From the NCBI GenBank assembly GCA_040393845.1, contig JBEBTI010000001.1, forward strand, positions 658 through 64,657: 64,000 bases of DNA, written 5' to 3'. Below the pieces are notes generated by a model. It was not told the DNA's origin. It did no database searches and worked only from the letters and a program-made list of their open reading frames with translations. Below, in pieces: positions 20,148 through 29,579 of the stretch (position 1 is its first letter; each line of letters begins with the position of its first letter). The position numbers and the translations under genes were made by a program. Source of the stretch: Nocardioides daejeonensis. Lineage in GTDB: Bacteria; Actinomycetota; Actinomycetes; Propionibacteriales; Nocardioidaceae.

Positions 20148-20905
20148 CGCTGTTGGAAATGGCGGCCATCCTCCTGGCGGGGGTGGCCGCCGGCACCATC
20201 AACACCGTGGTGGGGTCGGGAACGCTCGTGACGTTCCCGACCCTCTTGGCGTTCGGGGTCCCGCCGCTGACTGCCAACGTCTCCAACACGATCGGACTGG
20301 TGCCCGGTTCGGTCAGTGGCGCGATCGGTTACCGACGCGAGCTGGCCGGTCAGCGGGGCAGGGTGCTCCGTCTCGTCCCGGCCACCGTGCTCGGTGCGCT
20401 GGCCGGCGCCGTGCTGCTCCTGAAGCTGCCGCCCGGAGCCTTCGAGGCGATCGTCCCGGTGCTGATCCTGCTGGGGTGCGTCCTGGTCTGGTACGGACCG
20501 CGGATCTCTGCGTGGGTGGCCCGCCGCCACGAGGCGACCGGTGGCCTGCCCGAAGCCGGCGCGTGGTGGGTGTGGCCGCTGGTGCTGGGCACCGGCGTGT
20601 ACGGCGGCTACTTCGGCGCCGCCCAAGGGGTCCTGCTGATGGCGGTGCTGGGGATCGGCGTCAACGAGACGCTCCAGCGACTCAACGGGGTCAAGAACGT
20701 CCTCGCGGCGGCAGCCAATGCCGTGTCCGGGCTGATCTTCGCCGTCGTGGCCGATGTCGACTGGCAGGTGGTGCTGCTGATCGGCATCGGCACCGCGATC
20801 GGCGGGCAGGTCGGAGCCCACTGGGGCCGTCGCCTGCCGGCGCCGGCCCTCCGCCTGTTCATCATCGCGGTCGGGGTGCTGGCGATGGTCGTGTTCCTCG
20901 TCTGA
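20144..20905 (+). CDS. TauE/SafE family (TSUP) membrane protein
   Basis: AGTINTVVGSGTLVTFP, YGGYFGAAQG; about 8 TM; GTGA overlap with SPFH. Confidence 0.9.
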   Translation: MTLLEMAAILLAGVAAGTINTVVGSGTLVTFPTLLAFGVPPLTANVSNTIGLVPGSVSGAIGYRRELAGQRGRVLRLVPATVLGALAGAVLLLKLPPGAFEAIVPVLILLGCVLVWYGPRISAWVARRHEATGGLPEAGAWWVWPLVLGTGVYGGYFGAAQGVLLMAVLGIGVNETLQRLNGVKNVLAAAANAVSGLIFAVVADVDWQVVLLIGIGTAIGGQVGAHWGRRLPAPALRLFIIAVGVLAMVVFLV

Positions 20906-20910
20906 GGGCG

Positions 20911-21390
20911 TCAGTCGGCCAGCAGGACCCGGGTGCCGGCGAACTTGTCGTGCCAGCCCTGCTTGTCGTCGTCGGTGGCGATCGTGACCGCGCTCGCCAC
21001 CCCGGCGACTGCCTGGGCGATGCCGGAGACGGTCGTGACCCCGGGGATGCCGCTGAACGCACCGAGCAGGATCCACGCGTTGCGCTGCAGCGCCTCTCCG
21101 ACGGTCGGCACCGCTCCGTGCGTGTTGACGATGCGCATGCCGAAGACCCGCTTGCCCGGCGTCCGGCCCTCCTTCGACTCGAAGTGCACGTGGTAGACGA
21201 CCATGGCAGTCATCGACACCAGCGACATCAACACGACGCCCGATGTCTTTCCGGCGATCCCGGCGAACCCGAGCACCAGACTGAGCACGATGCCCAACGG
21301 AAGCCCGACGATCAGGGCATCGAGCAGGCGGGCGAGAAAGCGGGGGAACAACCCGGCCGCCGTGGTGGTGCCGGAAGGGGCGTCGGGCAT
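20911..21390 (-). CDS. RDD family membrane protein
   Basis: RFLARLLD, GRTPGKRVFGMRIV, QGWHDKFAGTRV; RBS AGGAG before ATG 21390. Confidence 0.9.
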   Translation of the reverse strand: MPDAPSGTTTAAGLFPRFLARLLDALIVGLPLGIVLSLVLGFAGIAGKTSGVVLMSLVSMTAMVVYHVHFESKEGRTPGKRVFGMRIVNTHGAVPTVGEALQRNAWILLGAFSGIPGVTTVSGIAQAVAGVASAVTIATDDDKQGWHDKFAGTRVLLAD

Positions 21391-21498
21391 GGAATCTCCT
21401 GGTCTGGGCGGTGCATCCATCCTCCCAGACCAGGACCGGTCGATCAGCGGCGGATCCCGAGGTTTCGGCCAGGCTGCCGGTTACGGTGCGAACCCTCC

Positions 21499-22434
21499 TC
21501 ACAGATACGCAGAGGTCCACCGGGCGAGTTCGTCGTACGCCGTGGTGCGTGCCGGCGCGCGTGAGAGCCAGACGTCGTGGCGCGCCCCGTCCACGGCCAC
21601 ATTGGTGACGTGGCGCCCGAGGGCAGGGGCCCATCGCCTGATCTGTTCGACGTCCAGCACGATGTCGGTGGAGTGCGCCACCTCGTCCACCTCGGCAGGG
21701 TTCCCGGAGCGGAGCGACGACAGCACCAGAGCAGGAGCGTGGAGATCCAATCCGCGATGCAACGTCGCGTGCCCCCGACGGACGGCCCGCAGCCAGCCGG
21801 TGTAGACCGGCCAGGAGTGCAGTGGCTTCCAGTCGAGGTTGAAGTCGAACTCGCCCTCGTGGTCACGGTGCAGGCTGCGCGCGTAGACGCCTGAGACCTG
21901 CCTGGGGATCTCCCGCTTCGGGGACCGGGCGCCGAGTTGGTCGATGACGCTGGTGCCGATGGTGCGCATCCACCACGCTCCCTGCATGTCGAACCACGGA
22001 GCGTTCAGGACCAGTCCGCTCGGTTCGTGGTCACGGCTCGCCAACCACAGTGGCACGATCAGGCCGCCGGTGGAGTGGGCGGAGAGCACCACCTGCTGGT
22101 GGCCCGCCGAGACGAGTTCCCATGCGAGGTCGAGTTCCTCGGCGTAGGTGGCGAGGTCGGTGACGTAGTTGGCGGTCTGGTGGGGGAGCAGCGAGCGGCC
22201 GTACTTGCGCAGGTCGAGCGCATGGAAGTCCCACCCGCGCGCGGTCCACCACTCGGCGTACTCGGTCTGGAAGAAGTAGTCGGCGAAGCCATGCACGTGG
22301 AGCACGGCCCCGCGGGCCGGACCCCGGTCGCTCGGCCGGTGCACGAGGGAAGCGACCACCGGCCCCTCTTCGTCGTCGGCGAGGGCGAGTGTGGTGCAGC
22401 TGTACGGGGCGCCGAGGTGGTCGGGCAGCGTCAT
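21499..22434 (-). CDS. Alpha/beta hydrolase (lysophospholipase-like)
   Basis: HVHGFADYF, DLRKYGRS, AHSTGG nucleophile elbow, DIVLD, ARHDV. Confidence 0.88.
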   Translation of the reverse strand: MTLPDHLGAPYSCTTLALADDEEGPVVASLVHRPSDRGPARGAVLHVHGFADYFFQTEYAEWWTARGWDFHALDLRKYGRSLLPHQTANYVTDLATYAEELDLAWELVSAGHQQVVLSAHSTGGLIVPLWLASRDHEPSGLVLNAPWFDMQGAWWMRTIGTSVIDQLGARSPKREIPRQVSGVYARSLHRDHEGEFDFNLDWKPLHSWPVYTGWLRAVRRGHATLHRGLDLHAPALVLSSLRSGNPAEVDEVAHSTDIVLDVEQIRRWAPALGRHVTNVAVDGARHDVWLSRAPARTTAYDELARWTSAYL

Positions 22435-22503
22435 GGCGGTCAGTCTCTCAGAGGGGAGGGTGTGGGTCGGGGAATACCTCGCCGGGGCGCACCGTTCCCC
22501 TTA

Positions 22504-22521
22504 TAGTTCAATCTTCAACTA
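22504..22521. promoter_or_regulatory. Imperfect palindrome TAGTTCAATCTTCAACTA, putative MarR (RosR-like) operator
   Basis: 18-bp AT-rich inverted repeat just upstream of the LLM RBS (AGGAG). Confidence 0.5.
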
Positions 22522-22537
22522 GAACAGGAGTGGTCCC

Positions 22538-23704
22538 GTGCAGCTCGGCATCTTCACCGTCGGTGACGTCACGACCGACCCGACCACCGGTCGCACCCCC
22601 ACCGAGAACGAGCGCATCAAGGCAACCGTCGCGATCGCCAGGAAGGCCGAGGAGGTGGGCATGGACGTGATGGCTTTCGGTCAGCACCACAACCCGCCGT
22701 TCGCGGCATCCTCGCCGACGACCACCATGGCCTTCGTCGCCGCGCAGACCGACAAGCTGCTGCTCTCGACCTCGACCACCCTGATCACCACCACCGACCC
22801 GGTGCGGATCGCCGAGGACTACGCGCAACTGCAGCACCTCGCCGACGGCCGCATCGACCTGACCCTGGGCCGCGGCAACACCGGTCCGGTCTACCCGTGG
22901 TTCGGCAAGGACATCCGTGACGGGATTCCGCTCGCGGTCGAGAACTATGCACTGCTGCGCCGGCTGTGGACCGAGGACGTCGTCAACTGGGAGGGCAAGT
23001 TCCGTACGCCGCTCCAAGGGTTCACCGCGACCCCGCGACCGCTCGAGGGTGTTGCGCCGTTCGTGTGGCACGGCTCGATCCGCAGCCCCGAGATCGCCGA
23101 GCAGGCGGCCTACTACGGCGACGGCTTCTTCCACAACCACATCTTCTGGCCGGCGTCACACTCCAAGCAGATGGTCGAGCTCTACCGCCGCCGCTTCGAA
23201 CACTACGGGCACGGCACCGCCGACCAGGCGATCGTCGGGCTGGGTGGTCAGGTGTTCGTGCGGAAGAACAGTCAGGACGCGGTGCGTGAGTTCCGGCCCT
23301 ACTTCGACAATGCCCCGGTCTACGGGCACGGGCCGTCGCTGGAGGACTTCACCGAGGCCACGCCGTTGACCGTCGGCTCGCCGCAGCAGATCATCGAGCG
23401 CACCCTCGGCTTCCGCGACTACGTCGGTGACTACCAGCGTCAACTGTTCCTGATCGACCACGCGGGTCTGCCGCTGAAGACCGTGCTGGAGCAGATGGAC
23501 ATCCTCGGCGAAGAGGTGTTCCCGGTGCTCCGCAAGGAGTTCGCCGCACTCAAGCCCGCTCACGTTCCAGACGCACCGACGCACGCGTCGCTGGTGGCCG
23601 CCGCAGGGGGTGCTCGCGACGTCACCGTGCATGCCCCCGCCGACGACGTGACCGGTCAGTCCCCGCACGACCCGTCGCGCCTCAACGCTGCGGCTCTGGC
23701 CTGA
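22538..23704 (+). CDS. Luciferase-like (LLM) flavin-dependent monooxygenase, CE1758 type
   Basis: MQLGIFTVGD, GQHHNPPF, DPVRIAEDYA, LGRGNTGPVYPWFG, WHGSIRS. Confidence 0.92.
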   Translation: MQLGIFTVGDVTTDPTTGRTPTENERIKATVAIARKAEEVGMDVMAFGQHHNPPFAASSPTTTMAFVAAQTDKLLLSTSTTLITTTDPVRIAEDYAQLQHLADGRIDLTLGRGNTGPVYPWFGKDIRDGIPLAVENYALLRRLWTEDVVNWEGKFRTPLQGFTATPRPLEGVAPFVWHGSIRSPEIAEQAAYYGDGFFHNHIFWPASHSKQMVELYRRRFEHYGHGTADQAIVGLGGQVFVRKNSQDAVREFRPYFDNAPVYGHGPSLEDFTEATPLTVGSPQQIIERTLGFRDYVGDYQRQLFLIDHAGLPLKTVLEQMDILGEEVFPVLRKEFAALKPAHVPDAPTHASLVAAAGGARDVTVHAPADDVTGQSPHDPSRLNAAALA

Positions 23705-23732
23705 CCCCCACAACTGAGAAGGAGCTCGTCCC

Positions 23733-24341
23733 ATGCACATCGCCGTGATCTCAGCAGGTCTCAGCGACCCGTCGTCGACGCGGTTGCTGGCCGACCAGCT
23801 GGCAGCTGCGGCTGTCGCCAAGCTGGCAGGGTCCGGCGTGCAGGCGCAGATCGACGTGATCGAGCTGCGCCCGCTTGCCCATGCCCTGGCCGACAACCTC
23901 ACCACCGGATTCGCCACGGGCGACCTGGCCGACGCGATCGACACGGTGGGCCGGGCTGATGCACTGATCGCCGTGACGCCGGTGTTCACTGCCTCCTACA
24001 GCGGCTTGTTCAAGACGTTCTTCGACGTCCTCGACCAGGACCTCCTCGTCGGGATGCCGGTGCAGATCGCCGCCACCGCAGGCACGGCCAGACACTCACT
24101 GGTGCTGGAGCATGCGCTCCGACCGATGTTCGCCTACCTGCGGGCGGTGGTGCTCCCGACCGCAGTGTTCGCAGCAAGTGAGGACTTCGGTTCGACGGCC
24201 GGTGGCGAGTTGGCTGGACGCGTGGCCCGGGCCGGTGACGAGTTGGCGCAGCTGCTGCTCGGGACCAGTCGTCGTGTGCCGGTGCGCGACGAGTTCGCCG
24301 ACCCGGTCCCGTTCGCCGAGCTGCTCGACGCCGTCGGTTGA
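23733..24341 (+). CDS. NADPH-dependent FMN reductase (CE1759/SsuE type)
   Basis: SAGLSDPSSTRLLA, TPVFTASYSGLFKTFFD, ATAGTARHSL. Confidence 0.92.
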   Translation: MHIAVISAGLSDPSSTRLLADQLAAAAVAKLAGSGVQAQIDVIELRPLAHALADNLTTGFATGDLADAIDTVGRADALIAVTPVFTASYSGLFKTFFDVLDQDLLVGMPVQIAATAGTARHSLVLEHALRPMFAYLRAVVLPTAVFAASEDFGSTAGGELAGRVARAGDELAQLLLGTSRRVPVRDEFADPVPFAELLDAVG

Positions 24342-24350
24342 GCGACCGGT

Positions 24351-24872
24351 TCAGTGCTGGTAGGTGCCGTGCAGGATCGCGCGGCCCAAGGTCTTGAAGG
24401 CCAGGTTGAACGACACCACGGCAGGGGAGGCGCTCGCGTCCACGCCCAAGCTCTCTTCGCCGACCGCGTGCACGACGAAGTAGTAGCGGTGCACCTGGTC
24501 ACCCTGCGGCGGCGCCGCGCCCATGAACCCGGCGTCGCCGCCGTCGTTGCGGACGTGGAAGGCGCCGCCCGGCAGTGCGGCCGCCGCAGCCCCGGTGTTC
24601 AGCGACGTGACATCGGCGGGAAGGTCGACGAGGACCCAGTGCCAGAAGCCGCTCGGGGTCGGTGCATCCGGATCGAAGCACGTGACGACGTACGACTTCG
24701 TGCCGTCGGGCGCCCCCGACCAACTCAGTTGGGGTGAGGTGTTGCCGAAGGCAGCCACCTGGTCGTCCTTCAACGGCTGGCCGTCGGCGACGTCCGCGCT
24801 CGTCACGGCGAACGACGGCCGAGACGGCAGCAGGTCGTAGGGGTTGGGGGAGACGGGGCGCTCGATGCTCAT
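24351..24872 (-). CDS. YbhB/YbcL family PEBP protein
   Basis: [30 protein letters not shown]; leaderless -10 TAGCCT 6 nt before ATG 24872. Confidence 0.92.
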   Translation of the reverse strand: MSIERPVSPNPYDLLPSRPSFAVTSADVADGQPLKDDQVAAFGNTSPQLSWSGAPDGTKSYVVTCFDPDAPTPSGFWHWVLVDLPADVTSLNTGAAAAALPGGAFHVRNDGGDAGFMGAAPPQGDQVHRYYFVVHAVGEESLGVDASASPAVVSFNLAFKTLGRAILHGTYQH

Positions 24873-24947
24873 GGCCACAGGCTACCGAGATGTCCATCCG
24901 CCGAGGCGGTGCACGCGGACGTGCCTCGGACAAGGGAGAATCAGTGG

Positions 24948-26039
24948 GTGACCTCCGCAGCTGAAGACCTCGTCCGCACCACCGTCGCCGCGATCCCGAA
25001 GCTCGACCCTGCCGCGGTCGCGGCCGCCGAGCAGCGCCAGTCATCCCTGACCAAGCCCGCCGGCTCGCTGGGGGCGTTGGAGCAGGTGTCGGTGCAGTTG
25101 GCCGGCATCGCCGGGGCCTGCCCGCCACCCATGCCCGAGCCGGTCGCGGTGGCGATCTTCGCCGCCGACCACGGCGTGGTGGCCAGCGGCGTGACGCCGT
25201 GGCCGCAGGAAGTCACCCGGTCGATGGTGGAGAACTTCCGGGCCGGCGGCGCCGCAGTCAATGTGCTCTCGCGTCAGATCGGTGCCGATGTGGTCGTCAT
25301 CGACATCGGAGTGGCCGGAGACGTCGTCGCCGACGCCACCGTGTGGGACCGCAAGGTGAAGCCCGGCACCGCCGATCTCGCCACCGGCCCGGCGATGACG
25401 CGCGACGAAGCGTTGACGGCGCTGGCCACCGGCATCGGCGTCGCGGATGCACTGATCGATGGCGGCCACCAACTCCTGGTCACCGGTGACATGGGCATCG
25501 GCAACACCACGGCGTCGGCCTGCCTGATCGCCCACTTCACCGGCCGGCCTGCCGAGCAGATCACCGGCCGTGGTGCCGGTGTCGACGACCAGATGCTGGC
25601 CCACAAGACGCAGATCGTGGCCGCCGCCGTGGCTCGCGCGCCGAGCAACACCGACCCGATCGACGCGCTGGCCGAGTTCGGCGGTCTCGAGCACGCCGGC
25701 CTGGCCGGTCTGCTGCTCGGCGCAGCGGCCCGACGGGTTCCAGTCCTGCTGGACGGCGTGATCGCGGGCGCCGCGGCGTTGGTCGCCCAAGCCCTTGCGC
25801 CGCCCGCAGTGGAGCACTGTCTCGCCGGTCACCGCAGCGTTGAACCCGGACACACCGCAGCCCTCCAAGCCTTGGGCCTGCGGCCGCTGGTCGATCTCGA
25901 CCTGCGGCTCGGAGAAGGCAGCGGCGCCGTGCTCGCGGTGCCGATCCTCCGCTCGGCCGTGGCGGTGCTGACTGAGATGGCAACCTTCGAGAGCGCTGGA
26001 ATCGAGGCGTCGAACGACGGAGGCGGTCACGATGAATGA
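24948..26039 (+). CDS. cobT: Nicotinate-nucleotide--dimethylbenzimidazole phosphoribosyltransferase
   Basis: LTKPAGSLGALE, FAADHGV, GDMGIGNTT, GRGAG, LRLGEGSGA. Exact start is uncertain. Confidence 0.94.
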   Translation: MTSAAEDLVRTTVAAIPKLDPAAVAAAEQRQSSLTKPAGSLGALEQVSVQLAGIAGACPPPMPEPVAVAIFAADHGVVASGVTPWPQEVTRSMVENFRAGGAAVNVLSRQIGADVVVIDIGVAGDVVADATVWDRKVKPGTADLATGPAMTRDEALTALATGIGVADALIDGGHQLLVTGDMGIGNTTASACLIAHFTGRPAEQITGRGAGVDDQMLAHKTQIVAAAVARAPSNTDPIDALAEFGGLEHAGLAGLLLGAAARRVPVLLDGVIAGAAALVAQALAPPAVEHCLAGHRSVEPGHTAALQALGLRPLVDLDLRLGEGSGAVLAVPILRSAVAVLTEMATFESAGIEASNDGGGHDE

Positions 26040-27246
26040 CGCGATCTACCCGGCCGGACTGAGGCTCACCGGTCGCAAGGTCGTTGTCGTGGGTGGCGGT
26101 CACGTGGCCCAGCGCCGGGTTCCGTCACTGATCGCTGCCGGCGCGCTCGTCCATGTCGTGGCGCCGGAGGTCACTCCCGCGCTCGAGGGGATGAAGGACG
26201 AGATCACCCTGCACCTGCGCCGCTTCGAGGCCAGCGACCTCGACGACGCCTGGTATGTGATTGCGGCGACCGACGACTCGGACGCCAACAGTGCAGTCAC
26301 CCGGGCCGCCGAGGAACGCCGGATCTTCTGCGTGCGCAGTGACGATGCCAGTCGGGCAACAGCCTGGACGCCGGCGGTCGGACGGCACGGCACGGCGACC
26401 ATCGCCGTCCTCGGCAACCGTGAGCCGCGACGCTCGGCCCACCTGCGCGACGAGATCCTCCACGTCCTGCGCGAAGGCCTGATCCACTTCGAGCACGACA
26501 CCACGCCGGGCGTCGTGCTGGTCGGCGGAGGCCCTGGTGACCCTGAGCTGGTCACCATTGCGGCGCGCAACGCCCTGGCCTCCGCCGATGTCGTGGTTGC
26601 GGACCGGTTGGCACCGCGCGAACTGCTCGACGAGCTCGGCGCCGACGTCGAGCTGATCGACGTCGCCAAACTGCCGCGCGGGCGCTCGGCGGCCCAGGAG
26701 TTCATCAACGAGGTGATCGTCGACCGGGCCCGGGCCGGCAAGCGGGTGGTGCGCTTCAAGGGAGGCGACAACTTCGTCTACGGTCGCGGTTTCGAGGAAG
26801 TCATCGCCTGCCGCGAAGCAGGCGTCCCGGTCACCGTGGTGCCGGGGATCACCTCGGCCATCGCCGTGCCGGCCCGCGCCGGCATCCCGGTCACCCACCG
26901 CGGCGTGACCCATGAGTTCACGGTGGTCTCGGGCCACCTGCCGCCGGGACACCCGGAGTCCCTGGTCCGGTGGGACGCGCTCGCACGACTCACCGGCACT
27001 GTCGTGCTGATGATGGCGGTCGAGAACGCGCCCGCCATCGCTGAAGCTCTGGTCGCGGGCGGGCGGGCGGCCGACACGCCGGTCGCGGTGATCCAGGACG
27101 GCACGATGCCGGGGGAGACGAAGGTGTTGAGCACGCTGGGTGACCTGGCTGCCGACCTGGCTGAGCACGGTGTCCGACCTCCCGCAGTGATCGTGGTCGG
27201 CGACGTGGTGGCCGTGGCACATCCCGAACGTTTCGTCGTCCGCTGA
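26032..27246 (+). CDS. cysG: Siroheme synthase-like: precorrin-2 dehydrogenase domain plus uroporphyrinogen-III C-methyltransferase
   Basis: VVGGGHVAQRR..AATDD; VLVGGGPGDPEL, VVRFKGGD, GRGFEE, VPGITSA. Confidence 0.9.
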   Translation: MNDAIYPAGLRLTGRKVVVVGGGHVAQRRVPSLIAAGALVHVVAPEVTPALEGMKDEITLHLRRFEASDLDDAWYVIAATDDSDANSAVTRAAEERRIFCVRSDDASRATAWTPAVGRHGTATIAVLGNREPRRSAHLRDEILHVLREGLIHFEHDTTPGVVLVGGGPGDPELVTIAARNALASADVVVADRLAPRELLDELGADVELIDVAKLPRGRSAAQEFINEVIVDRARAGKRVVRFKGGDNFVYGRGFEEVIACREAGVPVTVVPGITSAIAVPARAGIPVTHRGVTHEFTVVSGHLPPGHPESLVRWDALARLTGTVVLMMAVENAPAIAEALVAGGRAADTPVAVIQDGTMPGETKVLSTLGDLAADLAEHGVRPPAVIVVGDVVAVAHPERFVVR

Positions 27247-28055
27247 TGGTGCGCCTCGTCCCGGTTGCCGACCCGACCGATCCGCGACTTGCGGACTACC
27301 GCGACCTGCGCGACGTCCAACTGCGCAAGAGCCTCGAGAGCGAACACGGGCTGTTCATCGCGGAGGGCGAGAAGGTGGTCAGGCGGGCGCTGGAAGCGGG
27401 CTTCGTGCCGCGTTCGTTCCTGATGGCCGAGCGGTGGTTGTCGGGGCTCTCCGACCTGCTCGATGCGACCGATGCACCCTGCTATGTGCTCTCCGAGGAC
27501 CTGGCCGAAGAGGTGACCGGCTTCCACGTGCACCGGGGCGCTCTCGCCTCGGTGCAGCGCCGGCCCCAGCCCGACCTCGACACGGTGCTGGCCGGCGCCC
27601 GCACGGTGCTGGTGGTCGAGGACGTCGTCGACCACACGAATGTCGGCGCGATCTTCCGCAGCGGTGCGGCCATGGGCTTCGATGCCGTGCTGCTGTCCCC
27701 GCGGTGCGCCGACCCCTACTACCGCCGCTCCGTGAAGGTGGGGATGGGCGCAGTCTTCAGCACACCGTGGACCCGGCTGCCCGACTGGTACGACGCCCTG
27801 CCCGACCTGAGTTGCCGGGGTTTCACCACGGTCGCACTCACCCTGGCCGCGGATGCCGTGCCGCTCGAGGAGGCGGTCGCAGGTCTCGAGCGGGTTGCCC
27901 TGGTGCTCGGTTCCGAGGGACACGGGATCTCGTCACGTTGGCAGCAGACCGCCGATCGACGTGCGATCATCCCGATGCGGGAGGGAATCGACTCGCTCAA
28001 CGTGGCCGCCGCGGCGGCCGTTGCCTGCTATGTGACGACGCGCGCGGTCAGCTGA
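27246..28055 (+). CDS. TrmH/SpoU family RNA methyltransferase
   Basis: FIAEGEKV, DHTNVGAIFRS, RRSVKVGMG, GSEGHG, IPM..IDSLNVAAA. Confidence 0.93.
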   Translation: MVRLVPVADPTDPRLADYRDLRDVQLRKSLESEHGLFIAEGEKVVRRALEAGFVPRSFLMAERWLSGLSDLLDATDAPCYVLSEDLAEEVTGFHVHRGALASVQRRPQPDLDTVLAGARTVLVVEDVVDHTNVGAIFRSGAAMGFDAVLLSPRCADPYYRRSVKVGMGAVFSTPWTRLPDWYDALPDLSCRGFTTVALTLAADAVPLEEAVAGLERVALVLGSEGHGISSRWQQTADRRAIIPMREGIDSLNVAAAAAVACYVTTRAVS

Positions 28056-28611
28056 CGTCTGCGGGCCAGTGTGGCGGATAGTCCTCCGCGACCTTGTCGT
28101 GGATCTTCTGCAGCTTCTTGCGTGCCTTGGTCGGGAGGCGGTCGCCGAAGACCGTGCCGACGGTGTGGTCGGTCTCGTGCTGCAGGCAGCGTGCGAGCAG
28201 TCCGTCGCCACTGAACTCGACCGGCTCGCCGTCGAGACCCTGGCCCGTGACGGAGGCGAAGTCAGGTCGGCTGCAGTCGACGAACGCACCGGGCAAGGAC
28301 AGGCACCCCTCCTCGTCGGTGTCGAGGCGGCGGTCCTTGCCTTCGGGGAGCGTCAGCACCGGGTTGGCGACCACGCCGAGCACGCGCTCCCCGGAGGCGT
28401 CCGGACAGTCAAAGATGAACAGGGCCAGGTCGACGCCGATCTGGCAGGCGGCCAGGCCGACTCCGTCCGCGGCATACATCGTGGCGGTCATGTCGGCGAC
28501 CAGTGCGCGCAGGTCCTCGTCGAACGCCGTCACCGGCTGCTGGGGGGCGTGCATGACCGGCGTCCCCCACCGAGTCATGGCGCGGACGGTGCCACCTTCC
28601 GGGAAAGTCAT
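28048..28611 (-). CDS. def: Peptide deformylase
   Basis: All three motifs present: GVGLAACQIG, EGCLS, QHETDH. Confidence 0.95.
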   Translation of the reverse strand: MTFPEGGTVRAMTRWGTPVMHAPQQPVTAFDEDLRALVADMTATMYAADGVGLAACQIGVDLALFIFDCPDASGERVLGVVANPVLTLPEGKDRRLDTDEEGCLSLPGAFVDCSRPDFASVTGQGLDGEPVEFSGDGLLARCLQHETDHTVGTVFGDRLPTKARKKLQKIHDKVAEDYPPHWPADVS

Positions 28612-28625
28612 GTCGGAATCTTCTC

Positions 28626-29471
28626 TCACGCCTCGTCCATGTCGTCGAGCAGGCGCTGGTACGACGCGCGGTCCTCCTGACGGAGCCGGGACTCCCATGA
28701 CTGCGCGGTGTGCTGCAGCCGGAGCACCAGGTGGGTGAGTTCGGCGCGTTGGTGCAACAGCTCCTCGACGACCTGACGGTGGGCGGGCACCTGGGGCTCG
28801 GCGGACAGGTTGCCGAGATCGTCGAGCAGGCCTGCACGCCGCGCAGCGACCTCCACCGACTCGACCGCTCGAGCTGCACCGTGGACGCGGCCCAGCAGGG
28901 CTTGGGAGGTACCGCTGTCGAGGGCAGCATGTGCGCCGACCAAGAGGTTGGCCCGCGCCGCCAGGGCGGCACCGCCGTGCACGGTGTGCTTCCGGTCCCG
29001 GCGAGCCACTCGTGGGCGCCAGATGCTCCCGGTCGCCGCGGCCGACAGCCCGGCCACTGCGGCCACCGCGATCACCTCCACGGCGCCGGGCCACGGGCCG
29101 GCCACCACCACTCCTGCGCCGCCGGCTGCCACCGCCGCCGTACTCCACGGCGCCACCGGGTTGACCCGCACCCGGTTCCGGCGCTCGACGACCTCGGGCA
29201 GGCTCGCCGGGTGCGCGACCTGCGCCGCGGTGGCCGACCACTGGCGACCGAGATGCAACAGGTCGTCGCGGACGTCGGTCCCACCGGTGGCGTCGTGCGC
29301 CGGCGCCGTCTCGAGCAGCTGGGTGAGGAACTCCGGCAACGGGGTCGGCCGACGCAGACCCATCCGCTCGGCGATGCCCGACTGTTGGACAAGGGTGACG
29401 GCCCGACGCAGTTGCGCGCGGGCATGGTCCTTCCCGCTCCGGCTCGTCCTGCGGGACTCGCGCTCGTCCAC
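28626..29471 (-). CDS. Hypothetical membrane protein (central TM hairpin, helical C-terminus)
   Basis: GTG 29471 after GGAGG..AGAGG; hydrophobic segment AVAAGGAGVVVAG...VIAVAAVAGLSAA; ends 14 bp before def. Confidence 0.6.
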   Translation of the reverse strand: MDERESRRTSRSGKDHARAQLRRAVTLVQQSGIAERMGLRRPTPLPEFLTQLLETAPAHDATGGTDVRDDLLHLGRQWSATAAQVAHPASLPEVVERRNRVRVNPVAPWSTAAVAAGGAGVVVAGPWPGAVEVIAVAAVAGLSAAATGSIWRPRVARRDRKHTVHGGAALAARANLLVGAHAALDSGTSQALLGRVHGAARAVESVEVAARRAGLLDDLGNLSAEPQVPAHRQVVEELLHQRAELTHLVLRLQHTAQSWESRLRQEDRASYQRLLDDMDEA

Positions 29472-29554
29472 CCTCTGGCCTCCTGCTGACTGTGCGGACG
29501 ACGCTACCGTCGTACGTCGTGACCCGCGACATACCGAACAGTTGTGGCGTGATG

Positions 29555-29571
29555 TGTAACTCAGAGTTACA
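29555..29571. promoter_or_regulatory. Perfect palindromic operator TGTAACTC-A-GAGTTACA overlapping the -10 of the fadE24-like gene
   Basis: Perfect 8-bp arms; overlaps TACATT (29568-29573), which lies 6 nt before ATG 29580. Confidence 0.75.
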
Positions 29572-29579
29572 TTGCTTTC

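Noticed and set aside
24873-24947. Possible cobalamin riboswitch before cobT
   Set aside because: Only about 75 bp are available and no B12-box is visible.
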